From an uncultured Oxalobacter sp. (lineage in GTDB: Bacteria; Pseudomonadota; Gammaproteobacteria; Burkholderiales; Burkholderiaceae_D), in the NCBI GenBank assembly GCA_905202055.1, contig CAJKQK010000003.1:1264-65263 (forward strand): 64,000 nucleotides of DNA. The letters run 5' to 3'. Below, in pieces: positions 44,782 to 58,605 of this stretch; the first letter of the stretch is position 1, and each line of letters opens with the position of its first letter. The position numbers and the translations under genes are program-made. The notes beneath the pieces were generated by a model that ran no database searches, had not been told where the DNA came from, and worked only from the letters and a program-made list of their open reading frames with translations.

Positions 44782-46641
44782 TTACTCTTTACCCGAGTCA
44801 TCTATCTTTCCAAAACGTTCGACAATGGATGCAATGATGCCATGTTTATCCAATTTGTGCATGGCAAGCAATTGTCCCACGTCACCGTGATCGATGAATT
44901 TGTCTGGCAGTCCCAATGGGAGTACCGGATAGGTCAGTTTTTCTTCCGCGAGTGCTTCCATAACGGCAGAGCCTGCACCGCCATGAATGGTTCCTTCTTC
45001 AACCGTGACCAGACAGGAATGGGTTTTCGCCATTTCGAAAACCAGTTCATTGTCGATCGGCTTGACGAATCGCATATTGACGACAGTCGCATCCAGTTCT
45101 TCGCCAGCGGACAGTGCCGGATTGACCATCGTACCGAAAGCCAGAATGGCGATATTTTTTCCCCTGCGCAGGACTTCTCCCTTGCCGAGCGGTACCGCAG
45201 ACAATTCTTTTTCGGGCTGGATGCCGATTCCTGTACCGCGGGGGTAACGCACGGCTGCGGGCCCATTGTAGCGATAGGCTGTCGTCAGCATTTGCCGGGC
45301 TTCATTTTCATTGGATGGAGCCATGACGACCATATTCGGGATACAACGAAGATAAGCCATATCATAGTTGCCCGCATGGGTTGCGCCGTCGGCTCCAACA
45401 AGGCCGGAACGGTCGAGCGCAAATGTCACATCCAGATTTTGCAGGGCAACATCGTGAATCAGCTGGTCATATGCCCTTTGAAGGAAAGTCGAATAGATGG
45501 CCACGACTGGTTTCAGGCCTTCACACGCCAGCCCAGCGGCAAAAGTGACAGCATGTTGTTCGGCTATGCCGACATCGAAAAAGCGGTCAGGATAATCTTT
45601 TGCGAACTGAACCATTCCCGAGCCTTCTTTCATGGCGGGGGTAATGCCGATCAGTTTCTTGTCAATGGTCGCCATATCGCATAACCAGTTACCGAATATA
45701 TCGGCATAGGTCGGTTTGGCTGCCAAAACCGGCTTGATTCCTTCTTCAGGACAAAATTTGCCGAGACCATGATAAAGAATGGGATCAGCCTCGGCCAGTT
45801 TATAACCATGTCCCTTTTTCGTGACGATATGCAGGAATTGGGGCCCTTTTCTTTCCTTCAGATTTTGCAGGGTAGGAACCAGCGTTTCCAGATCATGTCC
45901 GTCAATCGGTCCGATGTAATTGAAACCGAATTCTTCGAACAGGGTGGCCGGTGCGATCATGCTTTTGGCGTGTTCCTCGAATTTCCGGGCGATATGTCTC
46001 ATAGGCGCTGGTAAAACCGTCTTGCCTACGTTTTTTGCTGCTGCATAGAATTTCCCGGACATCAACCTCGCAAAATAACTGTTCAGGGCGCCGACAGGCG
46101 GGGAAATGGACATGTCGTTATCGTTCAGGATAACCAGCATATTGATGTCGTCGTAAATGCCGACATTATTCATGGCTTCAAAAGCCATTCCACCTGTAAT
46201 GGCACCATCTCCGATAACGGCAATGGAATAGGTGTCTTCCCCTTTCAGTTTTGCAGCCAGTGCCATTCCCAGTGCAGCAGAAATAGACGTGGAGGAATGC
46301 GCAGTACCGAAAGAATCGAATTCACTTTCATCCCGTTTTGGAAATCCGGAAAGGCCGTTTAACTGGCGAAGCGTATTCATCCGGTCTTTCCGTCCAGTCA
46401 GGATTTTGTGGGCATAGCTTTGGTGACCGACGTCCCAGATCAGTCTGTCGCTTGGCGTATCGAAAATGTAATGCAGAGCGATAGCCAGTTCGACCGTACC
46501 CAGATTCGACGATAAATGCCCTCCGGTTCTGGAAACGGATTGAATGATGTATTCCCTTAATTCATCCGCCAGGACCGGCAATTGCGCTGCCGGCAGGCGT
46601 TTTAAATCAGCGGGACTGTTAATCGTATTCAGCAGCTTCAT
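44782..46641 (-). CDS. dxs: 1-deoxy-D-xylulose-5-phosphate synthase.
   Basis: 619 aa, with TPP-binding [15 protein letters not shown]. Confidence 0.95.
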   Translation of the reverse strand: MKLLNTINSPADLKRLPAAQLPVLADELREYIIQSVSRTGGHLSSNLGTVELAIALHYIFDTPSDRLIWDVGHQSYAHKILTGRKDRMNTLRQLNGLSGFPKRDESEFDSFGTAHSSTSISAALGMALAAKLKGEDTYSIAVIGDGAITGGMAFEAMNNVGIYDDINMLVILNDNDMSISPPVGALNSYFARLMSGKFYAAAKNVGKTVLPAPMRHIARKFEEHAKSMIAPATLFEEFGFNYIGPIDGHDLETLVPTLQNLKERKGPQFLHIVTKKGHGYKLAEADPILYHGLGKFCPEEGIKPVLAAKPTYADIFGNWLCDMATIDKKLIGITPAMKEGSGMVQFAKDYPDRFFDVGIAEQHAVTFAAGLACEGLKPVVAIYSTFLQRAYDQLIHDVALQNLDVTFALDRSGLVGADGATHAGNYDMAYLRCIPNMVVMAPSNENEARQMLTTAYRYNGPAAVRYPRGTGIGIQPEKELSAVPLGKGEVLRRGKNIAILAFGTMVNPALSAGEELDATVVNMRFVKPIDNELVFEMAKTHSCLVTVEEGTIHGGAGSAVMEALAEEKLTYPVLPLGLPDKFIDHGDVGQLLAMHKLDKHGIIASIVERFGKIDDSGKE

Positions 46642-47534
46642 TATTTCTTTCTGCGTACAACCAGATCGGCCAGTTGCCGGAGATAATCCGCTTTTTCGTC
46701 GAAAATGGAAAGAGCCGCATAAGCGTCATTCCGTAATTTTTCCGCCAGTTGCCGGGATTCTTCCAGCCCCAACAGTGAAACGTAAGTGGGCTTGTTGTCT
46801 GCGCTGTCTTTTCCCGCTGTTTTACCCAGCTCGGCAGAATCTGCCGTGACATCCAGAATGTCGTCGACGACCTGAAAAGCAAGTCCGATAGCTTTTGCAT
46901 AAGCATTCAGGGCATTTTTTTCCTGTTCGGTCGGAATTTTCGAGCAATAGGCTCCGAGAAAAACGGAGGCGGTCAAAAGTGCGCCTGTTTTCAGCCGGTG
47001 CATGTTTTCGAGTTCATCGACCGTCAGGGATTTGCCGACGCTGGCCAGATCAATCGCCTGGCCGCCACACATGCCCGCTGCCCCGGCAGCACGGGATAAC
47101 AATCTCATCATTTCAACGACCAGAACGGGGTCACATTGCTGGTTCGACAAGACGACAAAAGCCTGAGCCTGCAAGGCATCCCCGGCCAGAAGAGCGGTAG
47201 CTCCACCGAATTCGACATGAACGGTCGGTTTGCCCCGTCTCAACACGTCATTGTCCATACAGGGCATATCGTCGTGAACAAGCGAATATGCGTGGATCAT
47301 CTCGACGGCTGCGGCAGCCCGGGCAAGCGCGGGCGCTCTGGCATTAAAAAGATGGCCTGTCGCAAAAACCAGTAATGGACGAATACGTTTTCCACCATCC
47401 AGAACGGCATAACGCATGGATTCATGCAGTGAAGAAGAAGAAAGTTTTCCTACCGGCAAAAAACTGAAAAGCGTTTCTTCCATCGTAGACTGGACATTAC
47501 GCATCCAATCGTCAAAACTGGCGGGCACGGTCAT
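46641..47534 (-). CDS. ispA: Farnesyl diphosphate synthase.
   Basis: Contains the DDMPCMDND and DDILD motifs. Confidence 0.9.
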   Translation of the reverse strand: MTVPASFDDWMRNVQSTMEETLFSFLPVGKLSSSSLHESMRYAVLDGGKRIRPLLVFATGHLFNARAPALARAAAAVEMIHAYSLVHDDMPCMDNDVLRRGKPTVHVEFGGATALLAGDALQAQAFVVLSNQQCDPVLVVEMMRLLSRAAGAAGMCGGQAIDLASVGKSLTVDELENMHRLKTGALLTASVFLGAYCSKIPTEQEKNALNAYAKAIGLAFQVVDDILDVTADSAELGKTAGKDSADNKPTYVSLLGLEESRQLAEKLRNDAYAALSIFDEKADYLRQLADLVVRRKK

Positions 47535-47782
47535 TATTCGATATCACTTTTATCGGAAGAGAAAGGCTTCAACAATTCCTTGTCCAGTATCCTGATCTGG
47601 TTTTCCACCTTCTCGAGTCGGGATGTACACAGCTGGACGAGTTCAACTCCCTTTTTGTAGGCGGCAATCGATTCTTCAAGAGGCAATTCACCTGCTTCGA
47701 GTCTGGACACCAGCGACCCGAGTTCGGCAATGGCATCTTCAAAAGACATGTCGTCTTTTCGGTCCTGATTTTCTGTCGTCAT
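47534..47782 (-). CDS. xseB: Exodeoxyribonuclease VII small subunit.
   Basis: 82 aa. Sits in the xseB-ispA-dxs operon arrangement. Confidence 0.85.
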   Translation of the reverse strand: MTTENQDRKDDMSFEDAIAELGSLVSRLEAGELPLEESIAAYKKGVELVQLCTSRLEKVENQIRILDKELLKPFSSDKSDIE

Positions 47783-48029
47783 AAAGTAAGAGAGAAAAAA
47801 TACAGTTTAATTAAGCCGTTATTATACCCTTCAAGCGTTTTCAGACTGCGTTTTTCTGCGTTTTAAACCAGAGAAATGAATTTCCCGTGACATACGATCC
47901 GCTTCTGTCTGAAACAGGCTGACAGCCTTTTCCATCTGGATTTGCAAAGTAAAACTTGTCAAAGAACCAAATCGGTATAAGATCACAGTTTCTTCCTTTT
48001 TTGTTTTTTTATTCTTTTCAGGTCTTTTC

Positions 48030-48983
48030 ATGCAGTCTCTCTGGATGCTCGTTGCCGCCTTTGTATTTTCCCTGATGGCAGTGTGTGTCAAGCTCGTCTC
48101 CGATACGTATTCCACTCCTGAAATCGTCATGTATCGTAGTCTGATAGGGGCTATTTTTCTTTTTTGCATGGTGCTGGTAAAAGGGGGATCGTTCAAAACG
48201 AAGTATCCGCTTCAGCATCTCTGGAGGGGAACAGTCGGTGCCACCGCGTTCGGCCTGTGGTTTTTTTCCATGTCGCAATTGCCTCTGGCAACGTCGATTA
48301 CCCTGAATTACATGTCGCCTATATGGATCGCGGCAATCCTGTTTGGTATGGGTTTATTTCATGGTCGGCTCCAGTTTGAATGGCGGCTTGTCTGCGCAAT
48401 CATCGCCAGTTTTATTGGCATATACATTCTTTTGCAGCCGACTCTGGCAGAAGATCAGTGGCTGGGTGCCCTGATCGCTTTCATCTCGGGCATTCTGGCC
48501 GCGCTGGCTTATCTGCAGGTAAAACATCTGGGCAATCTGGGCGAGCCGGAATACCGGGTTGTATTTTACTTCTGCGTGATCGGAACGCTGGGTGGCGCGA
48601 TTATGGCCGTTGTCGCGGCTCATATGCCCGGCGGTGACGGCATTCCTTTCCACAGACATTCATTTTTGAGTATTTTTTATCTGGTTTTTATCGGCGTGTC
48701 TGCCGCACTTGGCCAGATGGCCATGACGCGGGCGTACCATTTGGGTAATACGCTTGTCACCGCCAATCTCCAATATTCCGGCATCGTTTTTTCCTGCATA
48801 TGGGGATTGCTGATATGGAACGATACCTTGAGCTGGCATGGATGGCTTGGCATTGCCATCATTATCGCCAGTGGTATCACCACGACGTTTTTCGACGTGC
48901 GTCATCGTATGGCAGCGACTGCGGCCACTTACGACGCGGCAAAGAAAAAGCTGTCACAACAGAATCAGCCTGAAAAAGCCTGA
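48030..48983 (+). CDS. EamA/DMT family transporter.
   Basis: 317 aa, 10 TM, duplicated EamA domains. Confidence 0.7.
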   Translation: MQSLWMLVAAFVFSLMAVCVKLVSDTYSTPEIVMYRSLIGAIFLFCMVLVKGGSFKTKYPLQHLWRGTVGATAFGLWFFSMSQLPLATSITLNYMSPIWIAAILFGMGLFHGRLQFEWRLVCAIIASFIGIYILLQPTLAEDQWLGALIAFISGILAALAYLQVKHLGNLGEPEYRVVFYFCVIGTLGGAIMAVVAAHMPGGDGIPFHRHSFLSIFYLVFIGVSAALGQMAMTRAYHLGNTLVTANLQYSGIVFSCIWGLLIWNDTLSWHGWLGIAIIIASGITTTFFDVRHRMAATAATYDAAKKKLSQQNQPEKA

Positions 48984-48988
48984 TTTTC

Positions 48989-51733
48989 CTAGTGTGCCTG
49001 ATCCCAGTTATCCCCAACGCCGACTTCCGCTATCAATGGCACTTTCAGTCGGGCAACCTGCGCCATCAGTTCAGGCAGTTTTTCACGAACGATTGCCAGT
49101 TCTTTTTCCGGTACATCCAGCACCAGTTCATCGTGAACCTGCATGATCAGTTTTGAATCCAGCTTTTCTTTTTCCAGCCAGTTCTGCACGGCAATCATCG
49201 ACAATTTGATGATATCGGCCGCCGTTCCCTGCATCGGTGCATTGATGGCGGCACGTTCAGCAGCCTGACGGCGGGGACCGTTCGGTGAATTGATCTCGGG
49301 CAGCCACAGTCTTCTTCCGAAAACCGTTTCCACGTAGCCCTGTTCCCGGGCCAGCTGACGGGTTTCATCCATATAACGGGCAACGCCGGGGTAGCGTTCA
49401 AAGTAACGGTCGATATAGTTTTTGGCGTCCGTGCGGGAAATACCCAGATTGGAAGCGACACCGAAAGCGCTCATGCCATAAATGAGGCCGAAATTGATGA
49501 CTTTGGCATAACGTCTCTGGTCTGATGTGACTTCAAGGGGTGTAATATCGAATATTTCGGACGCTGTCGCACGGTGAACGTCCTGTCCGTCATGGAAAGC
49601 TTTCAGCAAACTGGCATCGTCGGAAAGATGTGCCATGATCCTGAGTTCGATTTGGGAATAGTCGGCGGAAATGATTTTGTTTCCGGGTGAAGCAATAAAC
49701 GCTTCACGGATTCGCCTGCCCTCTTCTGAACGTATCGGGATATTCTGGAGATTGGGGTCGTTCGATGCCAGCCGTCCGGTGACGGCTACGGCCTGTGCAT
49801 AATTTGTGTGAACGCGTCCGGTTTCGGGATTGACCATTCTCGGCAATTTGTCGGTATAAGTCGTTTTCAGCTTCGACATGCCCCGGTAATCCAGAATGAT
49901 TTTCGGAAGCGGGAAATCTTCGGCCAGTTTTTCAAGCACTTCCTCACTTGTCGACGGCGCGCCAGATGGCGTTTTCTTGATCATCGGCAGTTTGAGCTTG
50001 TCAAAGAGCAGTTCACCCAGTTGTTTCGGCGAATTGAGATTGAAGGGCTGCCCTGCCGCGTCGAAGGCGTTTTCCTGCAATCCATCCATTTTGACCCCGA
50101 GTTCGCGCGATTGGGTGTTCAGTTTTTCAACGTCGATCAATACGCCATTGCGTTCCATTTTCTGAAGCACAATCGATGTCGGGATTTCGATTTTTTCGTA
50201 GATAAAACGAAGACCGTCGTTTTCTTTCAGGCGAGGCCACATGGATTGATGAAGCTGCAGGGTCACATCGGCATCTTCAGCAGCGTAATTGGTGGCGACA
50301 TCGATGGCGATTTCATCAAATCCGATTTGCGACACACCTTTGCCGCAGATATCGGTGTAGCTGACTGGTTTGTAATCCAGAAACCTTTCGGACAGGCTAT
50401 CCATGTCATGCCGCCTGTGCGACTCGAGGACATAGGATTCGAGGAGGGTATCGTGAACGATCCCCTCCAGCCGGATACCATAATTGGCGAGCACATGGCT
50501 GTCATACTTGAGGTTCTGGCCGACTTTCGGTTTTTTCGGGTTTTCCAGCCAGGGTTTCATCTTGTCGAGGACGAATTGGAGTGGCAGCTGCTCATTTTGT
50601 TCCATGCTGTGATGGGCAAGCGGAATGTAAGCGGCATGACCGGGTTCGACGGACAGGGATATCCCGACGAGTTTTGCGTCCATGACATCCAGTGATGTCG
50701 TCTCCGTATCGATAGCAGTCAGTTCTGACTTGTCGATTTTTTCAAGCCATTTTTCAAGTTGTTTTTCAGTCAGGACGGTTTCATATTCCTTGTCGCTGAC
50801 GAATCCCGATTTTTTTTCTTCCGGTTCGTCAAACAGTGCGATCTGTCCGGCTGCATTTGGCGTTTCCTGACGGGTCGCATTCAACTCTTTTGCCCAGCTT
50901 TTGAAACCGAAGCGCTCGAAAGCTTTTTTCAGGCCTTTGGTATTTTCCGGTTTTTTAACGAGCGATGTTTCGATGGAGACGAATTTTTCCGGCAGGTCGC
51001 AATTCGTCCGGATTCTGACCAGCTCATGCGCCTGCACAAGCCAGTCCAGTGACTGTCTCAGATTTTCTCCGACCGTTCCGGTAATGTTTTGCGCGTTTTC
51101 GATAATGCCGTCGAGTGACTGATATTGTGTCAGCCACTTGACGGCCGTTTTCGGCCCTACCTTGGCAACACCCGGCACGTTGTCGGATGTATCGCCGATC
51201 AGCGAAAGGTAATCGACGATTCTTTCAGGCGGTACGCCAAATTTTTTGATGACCCCTTCCCTGTCCAGTACTTCATTGTTCATCGTGTTGACGAGCGTGA
51301 CCTTGTCATCGACCAGCTGGGACATATCCTTGTCGCCGGTTGAAACGATCGTATCGAATCCGTTTTCATGTGCCTTGACCGTCAGCGTCCCGATAATGTC
51401 GTCCGCTTCAACTCCTTCCACCTGCAAAATAGGCCAGCCCAGCATGTCCACGAGCTCGAGAATGTGGCCTGTCTGTTCAACCAGATCGTCAGGCATCGCT
51501 GCCCTGTTCGCCTTGTATTCCTGATAGAGATCATTGCGGAATGTTTTACCCTTTGCGTCAAATATACAGGCACGGTATGCTGTGGGATAATCTTTCTGCA
51601 AACGGCGAAGCATATTCAGAAAACCGTAAATAGCTCCGGTAGGTTCCCCTGCAGAGTTGCGAAGATCTGGCAATGCATGATAAGCGCGGTAAAGATAACT
51701 GGAACCGTCAACTAATAACAAAAGTTTGTTCAT
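48989..51733 (-). CDS. polA: DNA polymerase I.
   Basis: 914 aa, with 5'-3' exonuclease, 3'-5' exonuclease and polymerase domains (RRQAKVINFGLIYG; QVHDELVLDV). Confidence 0.95.
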   Translation of the reverse strand: MNKLLLLVDGSSYLYRAYHALPDLRNSAGEPTGAIYGFLNMLRRLQKDYPTAYRACIFDAKGKTFRNDLYQEYKANRAAMPDDLVEQTGHILELVDMLGWPILQVEGVEADDIIGTLTVKAHENGFDTIVSTGDKDMSQLVDDKVTLVNTMNNEVLDREGVIKKFGVPPERIVDYLSLIGDTSDNVPGVAKVGPKTAVKWLTQYQSLDGIIENAQNITGTVGENLRQSLDWLVQAHELVRIRTNCDLPEKFVSIETSLVKKPENTKGLKKAFERFGFKSWAKELNATRQETPNAAGQIALFDEPEEKKSGFVSDKEYETVLTEKQLEKWLEKIDKSELTAIDTETTSLDVMDAKLVGISLSVEPGHAAYIPLAHHSMEQNEQLPLQFVLDKMKPWLENPKKPKVGQNLKYDSHVLANYGIRLEGIVHDTLLESYVLESHRRHDMDSLSERFLDYKPVSYTDICGKGVSQIGFDEIAIDVATNYAAEDADVTLQLHQSMWPRLKENDGLRFIYEKIEIPTSIVLQKMERNGVLIDVEKLNTQSRELGVKMDGLQENAFDAAGQPFNLNSPKQLGELLFDKLKLPMIKKTPSGAPSTSEEVLEKLAEDFPLPKIILDYRGMSKLKTTYTDKLPRMVNPETGRVHTNYAQAVAVTGRLASNDPNLQNIPIRSEEGRRIREAFIASPGNKIISADYSQIELRIMAHLSDDASLLKAFHDGQDVHRATASEIFDITPLEVTSDQRRYAKVINFGLIYGMSAFGVASNLGISRTDAKNYIDRYFERYPGVARYMDETRQLAREQGYVETVFGRRLWLPEINSPNGPRRQAAERAAINAPMQGTAADIIKLSMIAVQNWLEKEKLDSKLIMQVHDELVLDVPEKELAIVREKLPELMAQVARLKVPLIAEVGVGDNWDQAH

Positions 51734-51823
51734 ATGGAAGAAAACTCAAAAAGCGCGCAAAAGCTGCACGAAATAACTGACGTCAATTATGCAACGATTT
51801 TGAAGGCACGAGAATCGTGGAGC

Positions 51824-52471
51824 ATGTTCTCCATTATGTCAGAGTTTATCGAATCGACAGAGAGACTCTCGGAAATAAATCCTGCCGTGACGATTTTCGG
51901 GTCTGCCCGGCTCCATCCCGACAACCCTTACTACATTAAATGCATGGAACTGGCCAGGCGATTGTCCGACGCCGGTTTTGCGGTTATTTCAGGGGGCGGT
52001 CCCGGCATTATGGCTGCAGCCAATCGCGGTGCCTATGAAGGCAAATCGCTCTCAGTCGGCCTGAATATCGAATTGCCCCAGGAACAGGCCCCCAATCGCT
52101 GGCAGAATGTGTCTTTGAATTACAGACACTTCTTTGCCAGAAAAGTTGCATTTGCCAAGTATGCCGACGCTTTCGTTCTATTCCCGGGCGGTTTCGGGAC
52201 GCTGGATGAAATGAGCGAAGTGCTCACCCTGATACAGACGGGCAAATCCCGGCGCATTCCGGTGATACTCGTCGGCAGCAAATTCTGGGAAGGCTTCATG
52301 AAATGGCTCTCCGACACCATGCTGGCCGAAGAAATGATCCATAAGGAAGATCTCGACCTGATGCAGGTGATCGATGACGTCGACAAAGTCATCGGAGCCA
52401 TTTTCACTTTTTATGAAAAACGTGCTATCGGTCCCTCGGAAGAAGAAAGACAGAAAATGCTTTACCTGTAA
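51824..52471 (+). CDS. LOG-family / TIGR00730 Rossmann-fold nucleotide-binding protein.
   Basis: The PGGFGTLDE motif is present. The ORF-track start at 51734 abuts the polA start codon. An internal Met (51824 or 51836) is more plausible. Confidence 0.7.
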   Translation: MFSIMSEFIESTERLSEINPAVTIFGSARLHPDNPYYIKCMELARRLSDAGFAVISGGGPGIMAAANRGAYEGKSLSVGLNIELPQEQAPNRWQNVSLNYRHFFARKVAFAKYADAFVLFPGGFGTLDEMSEVLTLIQTGKSRRIPVILVGSKFWEGFMKWLSDTMLAEEMIHKEDLDLMQVIDDVDKVIGAIFTFYEKRAIGPSEEERQKMLYL

Positions 52472-52525
52472 AACTCATCCCTTTGTTACAATAGCATCAT
52501 TCATTTACTTTAAGGTGCCACAACC

Positions 52526-52939
52526 ATGCGAGTTCTTTTTCACTTCAGAAAAACCATAGCGTTGGCCGTGCTTGCGGTAACGTCTGTGGCTGTGGGACAG
52601 GAAGTTCAACAGAGGGCTCCGGCTTCCGATCTTGAAATTATCGACGAAGTCGATCAGCCCGCCATTACCATTCGCAAACCGGATACAACAGGCGAAATTA
52701 CCGAAAAACGTCAGGGCGGCATGGTTGAGGAAGTCAAGGTTAAAAGCGGTCCAAGCACCTATTATCTTTATCCGAACGGCCCGAATGGCGTTCCGGGTTC
52801 TTTCATGAGCAATGAAGTCCGGCCGGCACTTTTCCGCATCCATGAATTCGATGTCGGTGAAAAGAAACAGGACGAAAACAAGGATCAGAAGCAGGAACCA
52901 CTAAATGCACCGGCCTTGCCGCCTCCTTCCATGAAGTGA
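52526..52939 (+). CDS. Secreted hypothetical protein (signal peptide, Pro-rich C-terminus).
   Basis: 137 aa. The signal peptide is MRVLFHFRKTIALAVLAVTSVAVGQ. Confidence 0.5.
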   Translation: MRVLFHFRKTIALAVLAVTSVAVGQEVQQRAPASDLEIIDEVDQPAITIRKPDTTGEITEKRQGGMVEEVKVKSGPSTYYLYPNGPNGVPGSFMSNEVRPALFRIHEFDVGEKKQDENKDQKQEPLNAPALPPPSMK

Positions 52940-52987
52940 AGCGGGTCTAGATCTCGAATTGAAGTTTGTTAATCACGATTACATCTC

Positions 52988-53947
52988 ATGGCAGTTTTTA
53001 CATCGGTCAGTTTGCAGGATCTGACTCCCTGGATTTCATCCTTTTCTCTTGGGCAGGTTCACAGTATCAAAGGGATCAGTTCCGGCATTGAAAACAGTAA
53101 TTTTTTTGTCAAAACTGATAAAGGTGAGTATGTACTTACTCTCTTTGAGAAGCTGACGGCTGAAGAACTGCCATTTTATCTGAACCTTATGAACCATCTG
53201 GCACACAAAGGAATCAAGGTGCCTGCCCCGATCCCGGACAAAGAGGGGCATATCCTGCATTTCCTTTGCGGTAAACCGGCTTCTCTGGTCACCAAACTCG
53301 AAGGAGACTGGCAGCCGGAACCGAAACCGGTTCATTGCGCGGAAGTCGGCAACATGATGGCGAAAATGCATCTGGCCGGGCGGGATTATCCGGAGGAACA
53401 ACCCAATTTACGCGGTATCGACTGGTGGCGTAAAACCGCTCCGCTGGTTCAGGATTTTCTCCCTGTCGAAGCCTCCCTTTTTCTTCAGAATGAAATGCGT
53501 TTTCAGGAAGAATTCGCGGATTCGGATCTCTATTGGAAGTTGTTTCGGGGACCGATTCATGCCGACCTGTTTCGCAATAATGTCATGTTCGACGGGGAAA
53601 AGCTGTCCGGCTTTTTCGATTTTTATTTCGCCGGTTGCGACACCTGGTTGTTCGACGTGGCTGTTGCCATCAATGACTGGTGTATCGATCTTGAAACGGG
53701 TGAGTTCGATGACGCTCGCGTTCGGGCATTTCTTGATGCCTATCATGCTATTCGCCCTTTTACACTTGACGAATGCGCCGCATGGAAAGCAATATTGAGA
53801 GGAGCAGCCTTGCGGTTCTGGCTTTCCAGACTGTACGACTACTATTTACCACGCGAGGCTGAAATGCTGACGCCACACGATCCCCGTCATTTTGAACGTA
53901 TTTTGAGATTACGGGTCAATAAACCTGCCCCTGAACTGATTGCATGA
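52988..53947 (+). CDS. thrB: Homoserine kinase type II (APH-fold ThrB).
   Basis: 319 aa. Aminoglycoside-phosphotransferase-like fold (HADLFRNN) typical of Pseudomonas- and beta-proteobacterial ThrB. Confidence 0.8.
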   Translation: MAVFTSVSLQDLTPWISSFSLGQVHSIKGISSGIENSNFFVKTDKGEYVLTLFEKLTAEELPFYLNLMNHLAHKGIKVPAPIPDKEGHILHFLCGKPASLVTKLEGDWQPEPKPVHCAEVGNMMAKMHLAGRDYPEEQPNLRGIDWWRKTAPLVQDFLPVEASLFLQNEMRFQEEFADSDLYWKLFRGPIHADLFRNNVMFDGEKLSGFFDFYFAGCDTWLFDVAVAINDWCIDLETGEFDDARVRAFLDAYHAIRPFTLDECAAWKAILRGAALRFWLSRLYDYYLPREAEMLTPHDPRHFERILRLRVNKPAPELIA

Positions 53948-54708
53948 ATTCGATGACCGCTAAAACAGGCTGGACCTGGATTGTAAACGGTTACGGTATT
54001 TTTCGCCAGAGACCGTTTTTACTGACGAATCTTTTTTTCGGCTATATGATTGGCCTGATGGCGCTTGGCGTCATTCCCTTTATCGGCCAGATTCTTCCGG
54101 CCGTGGTGATTCCCCTGTTTTCGTTCCTGTTCATGCAGGCCTGTTTCAAAATCGATTCGGGCACCTATGTTTCATTCAGGGATCTTTTCAATATCTTCAA
54201 TCGACAGACAGTGAACCGCCTGCTGCTGCTGGGCAGTTTGTACCTCTTGTATATATTTTTGTTAGCTGTCATTGCCATATGGATTGATGGGGGTCTTCTG
54301 CTGGGTACGGTTTCCCAACAGACCCAGCAGGAACTGACTTCATCGCAGCAGACAAAATTAATGCTGACATTTGTCCTGGTCATTGCGCTTTATATACCGT
54401 TTGCCATGGCGGTCTGGTTTGCAACGCCATTGATCGGCTGGCAAAAGATGAGTATCGGAAAAGCCATCTTTTTCAGTTTTTTTGCCGTTCTCCGTTCGTT
54501 GAAAGCGTTTCTCGTTTACGTTTTTTGCTGGTTGGTGCTCGGATTGTTTATGCCGGTCATTCTCGGAAGTGTTCTGATCCTGATGGGATTCCAGAATCTG
54601 GCCATGTTTGTCATGATGGTTTTATCCGTAGTGCTGAGCATTCTGGCATATTGTTCTTTTTATCCCACGTATAAAGACGTTTTCGGGCAGCCGGATACCG
54701 ACAATTGA
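53944..54708 (+). CDS. Inner membrane protein of unknown function (BPSS1780-like family commonly found downstream of thrB).
   Basis: 254 aa, multiple TM helices. Confidence 0.55.
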   Translation: MNSMTAKTGWTWIVNGYGIFRQRPFLLTNLFFGYMIGLMALGVIPFIGQILPAVVIPLFSFLFMQACFKIDSGTYVSFRDLFNIFNRQTVNRLLLLGSLYLLYIFLLAVIAIWIDGGLLLGTVSQQTQQELTSSQQTKLMLTFVLVIALYIPFAMAVWFATPLIGWQKMSIGKAIFFSFFAVLRSLKAFLVYVFCWLVLGLFMPVILGSVLILMGFQNLAMFVMMVLSVVLSILAYCSFYPTYKDVFGQPDTDN

Positions 54709-54793
54709 TCATTTTTGAATTTTAAACGGTAAAATTCTCCTTTATTCCCATTTCGCCAATCCATTTTTTCATGCCATCTTCTAGAGGCTGTGA

Positions 54794-55684
<891 letters not shown>

Positions 55685-55700
55685 TGTCTTTAACAAATAA

Positions 55701-55731
55701 AAAGGGCAGCTTTTCGCTGCCCTTTTTATTT
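55701..55731. terminator. Bidirectional terminator between argB (+) and atpC (-).
   Basis: aaaagggcagcttttcgctgcccttttt. Confidence 0.6.
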
Positions 55732-55746
55732 AAATGACCGAAATCA

Positions 55747-56169
55747 TCAATGCTTGCGCCGCAATTTTTTAATCATGGCCAACTGCGCGACTGCCATTGC
55801 AATTTCTGCTTGAGCTTTGGCATAGTCGATCTGGGATTCACGATTCAAAATAGCGTCTTCAGCCAGTTTCTTCGCTTCACTAGCCTTGGCTTCATCAAGA
55901 TCTTTTGCACGGATTGCCGTATCAGCCAAAACGGTGACGGCATGCGGTTGAACTTCAAGAACACCACCCGCGACAAAGACGTATTCTTCTTCTTCCTTGC
56001 CGCTTATTTTAATGCGCACAGCACCAGGCTTGATACGGGTAATCAGGGGAGCATGGCGTGGAAGGATACCCAGCTCGCCCAGTTCACCCGGCAACACGAC
56101 GAATTCGGCTTCCCCAGAAAAAATCAATTCTTCTGCAGAGACTACGTCAACATGTATGGTGTTTGCCAT
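55747..56169 (-). CDS. atpC: ATP synthase epsilon subunit.
   Basis: 140 aa. Last gene of the atp operon. Confidence 0.9.
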   Translation of the reverse strand: MANTIHVDVVSAEELIFSGEAEFVVLPGELGELGILPRHAPLITRIKPGAVRIKISGKEEEEYVFVAGGVLEVQPHAVTVLADTAIRAKDLDEAKASEAKKLAEDAILNRESQIDYAKAQAEIAMAVAQLAMIKKLRRKH

Positions 56170-56262
56170 GTTTGAAACCTTTATGATCGTTCAGTTGCTT
56201 ATCGATTTTGTTTCTGTGTGAGTGCAAAAATACCCTCACACAGATAACCCAATCACAACCGA

Positions 56263-57660
<1,398 letters not shown>

Positions 57661-57698
57661 TTATTCGTTTAATGCAATTCCATCTAACCGGTCACGGA

Positions 57699-58568
57699 TC
57701 AAACCGCTGCCGCCCCTGCCACAATTTCGGACAATTCTGTTGTAATCGCTGCCTGACGGGTTTTGTTATAAACCAGTTTCAGTTCTGAAATAACGTTACC
57801 CGCATTATCGCTAGCGGCTTTCATTGCAACCATTCGCGCCGATTGTTCCGACCCGATATTTTCGGCAACAGACTGATACAGCAGTGCTTCAATATAACGC
57901 TGCAACAAAGTATCGATAACAGCCGGTGCATCCGGTTCGTAAATATATTCCCAACTGTGGCTTTTGGTTTCCACTTTGAGAGTTTCTTTAGGTAATGGAA
58001 GCAACTGGTCAATTACCGGTTCCTGTTTCATCGTATTGATGAACTTGTTGTAGCACAGGTAGATGGCATCCAGATTTTCCGCGTTGTACTCATCCAGTAA
58101 AACTTTAAAAGGCCCAATCAGCTGTTCGAGACGGGGTGTATCACCGAGCTGAACGACAGAGGATAAAACCTTTGCGCCAATCCGGTTCAAAAATCCCAGA
58201 CCTTTGGTACCGATAGCGACTGTTACGATACTGTTACCCTTGGCTTCTTCTTCACGCATTTTATTGGTGACGACCCTTAATACGTTTGTATTCAGGCCGC
58301 CACACAAACCCTTGTCGGTCGTGACGACAACCAGACCGATTCGTTTGGCTTGTGCCCGTTCAACAGTAAACGGATGAACGTAATCAGGGTTTGCTTCTGC
58401 CAAGTGAGCTGCAATATTGCGAACAATTTCGCTATATGGACGACTGGAGCGCATCCGGTCCTGCGCCTTGCGCATTTTGGATGCGGCCACCATTTCCATA
58501 GCCTTGGTAATTTTCCTCGTGTTTTCTACGCTGCTGATTTGGCCGCGTATTTCCTTGCCTGATGCCAT
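57699..58568 (-). CDS. atpG: ATP synthase gamma subunit.
   Basis: 289 aa. Confidence 0.9.
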   Translation of the reverse strand: MASGKEIRGQISSVENTRKITKAMEMVAASKMRKAQDRMRSSRPYSEIVRNIAAHLAEANPDYVHPFTVERAQAKRIGLVVVTTDKGLCGGLNTNVLRVVTNKMREEEAKGNSIVTVAIGTKGLGFLNRIGAKVLSSVVQLGDTPRLEQLIGPFKVLLDEYNAENLDAIYLCYNKFINTMKQEPVIDQLLPLPKETLKVETKSHSWEYIYEPDAPAVIDTLLQRYIEALLYQSVAENIGSEQSARMVAMKAASDNAGNVISELKLVYNKTRQAAITTELSEIVAGAAAV

Positions 58569-58605
58569 GAGGCTTTACTCCTTGTCGCGTCAGTTAAATC
58601 GTTAA

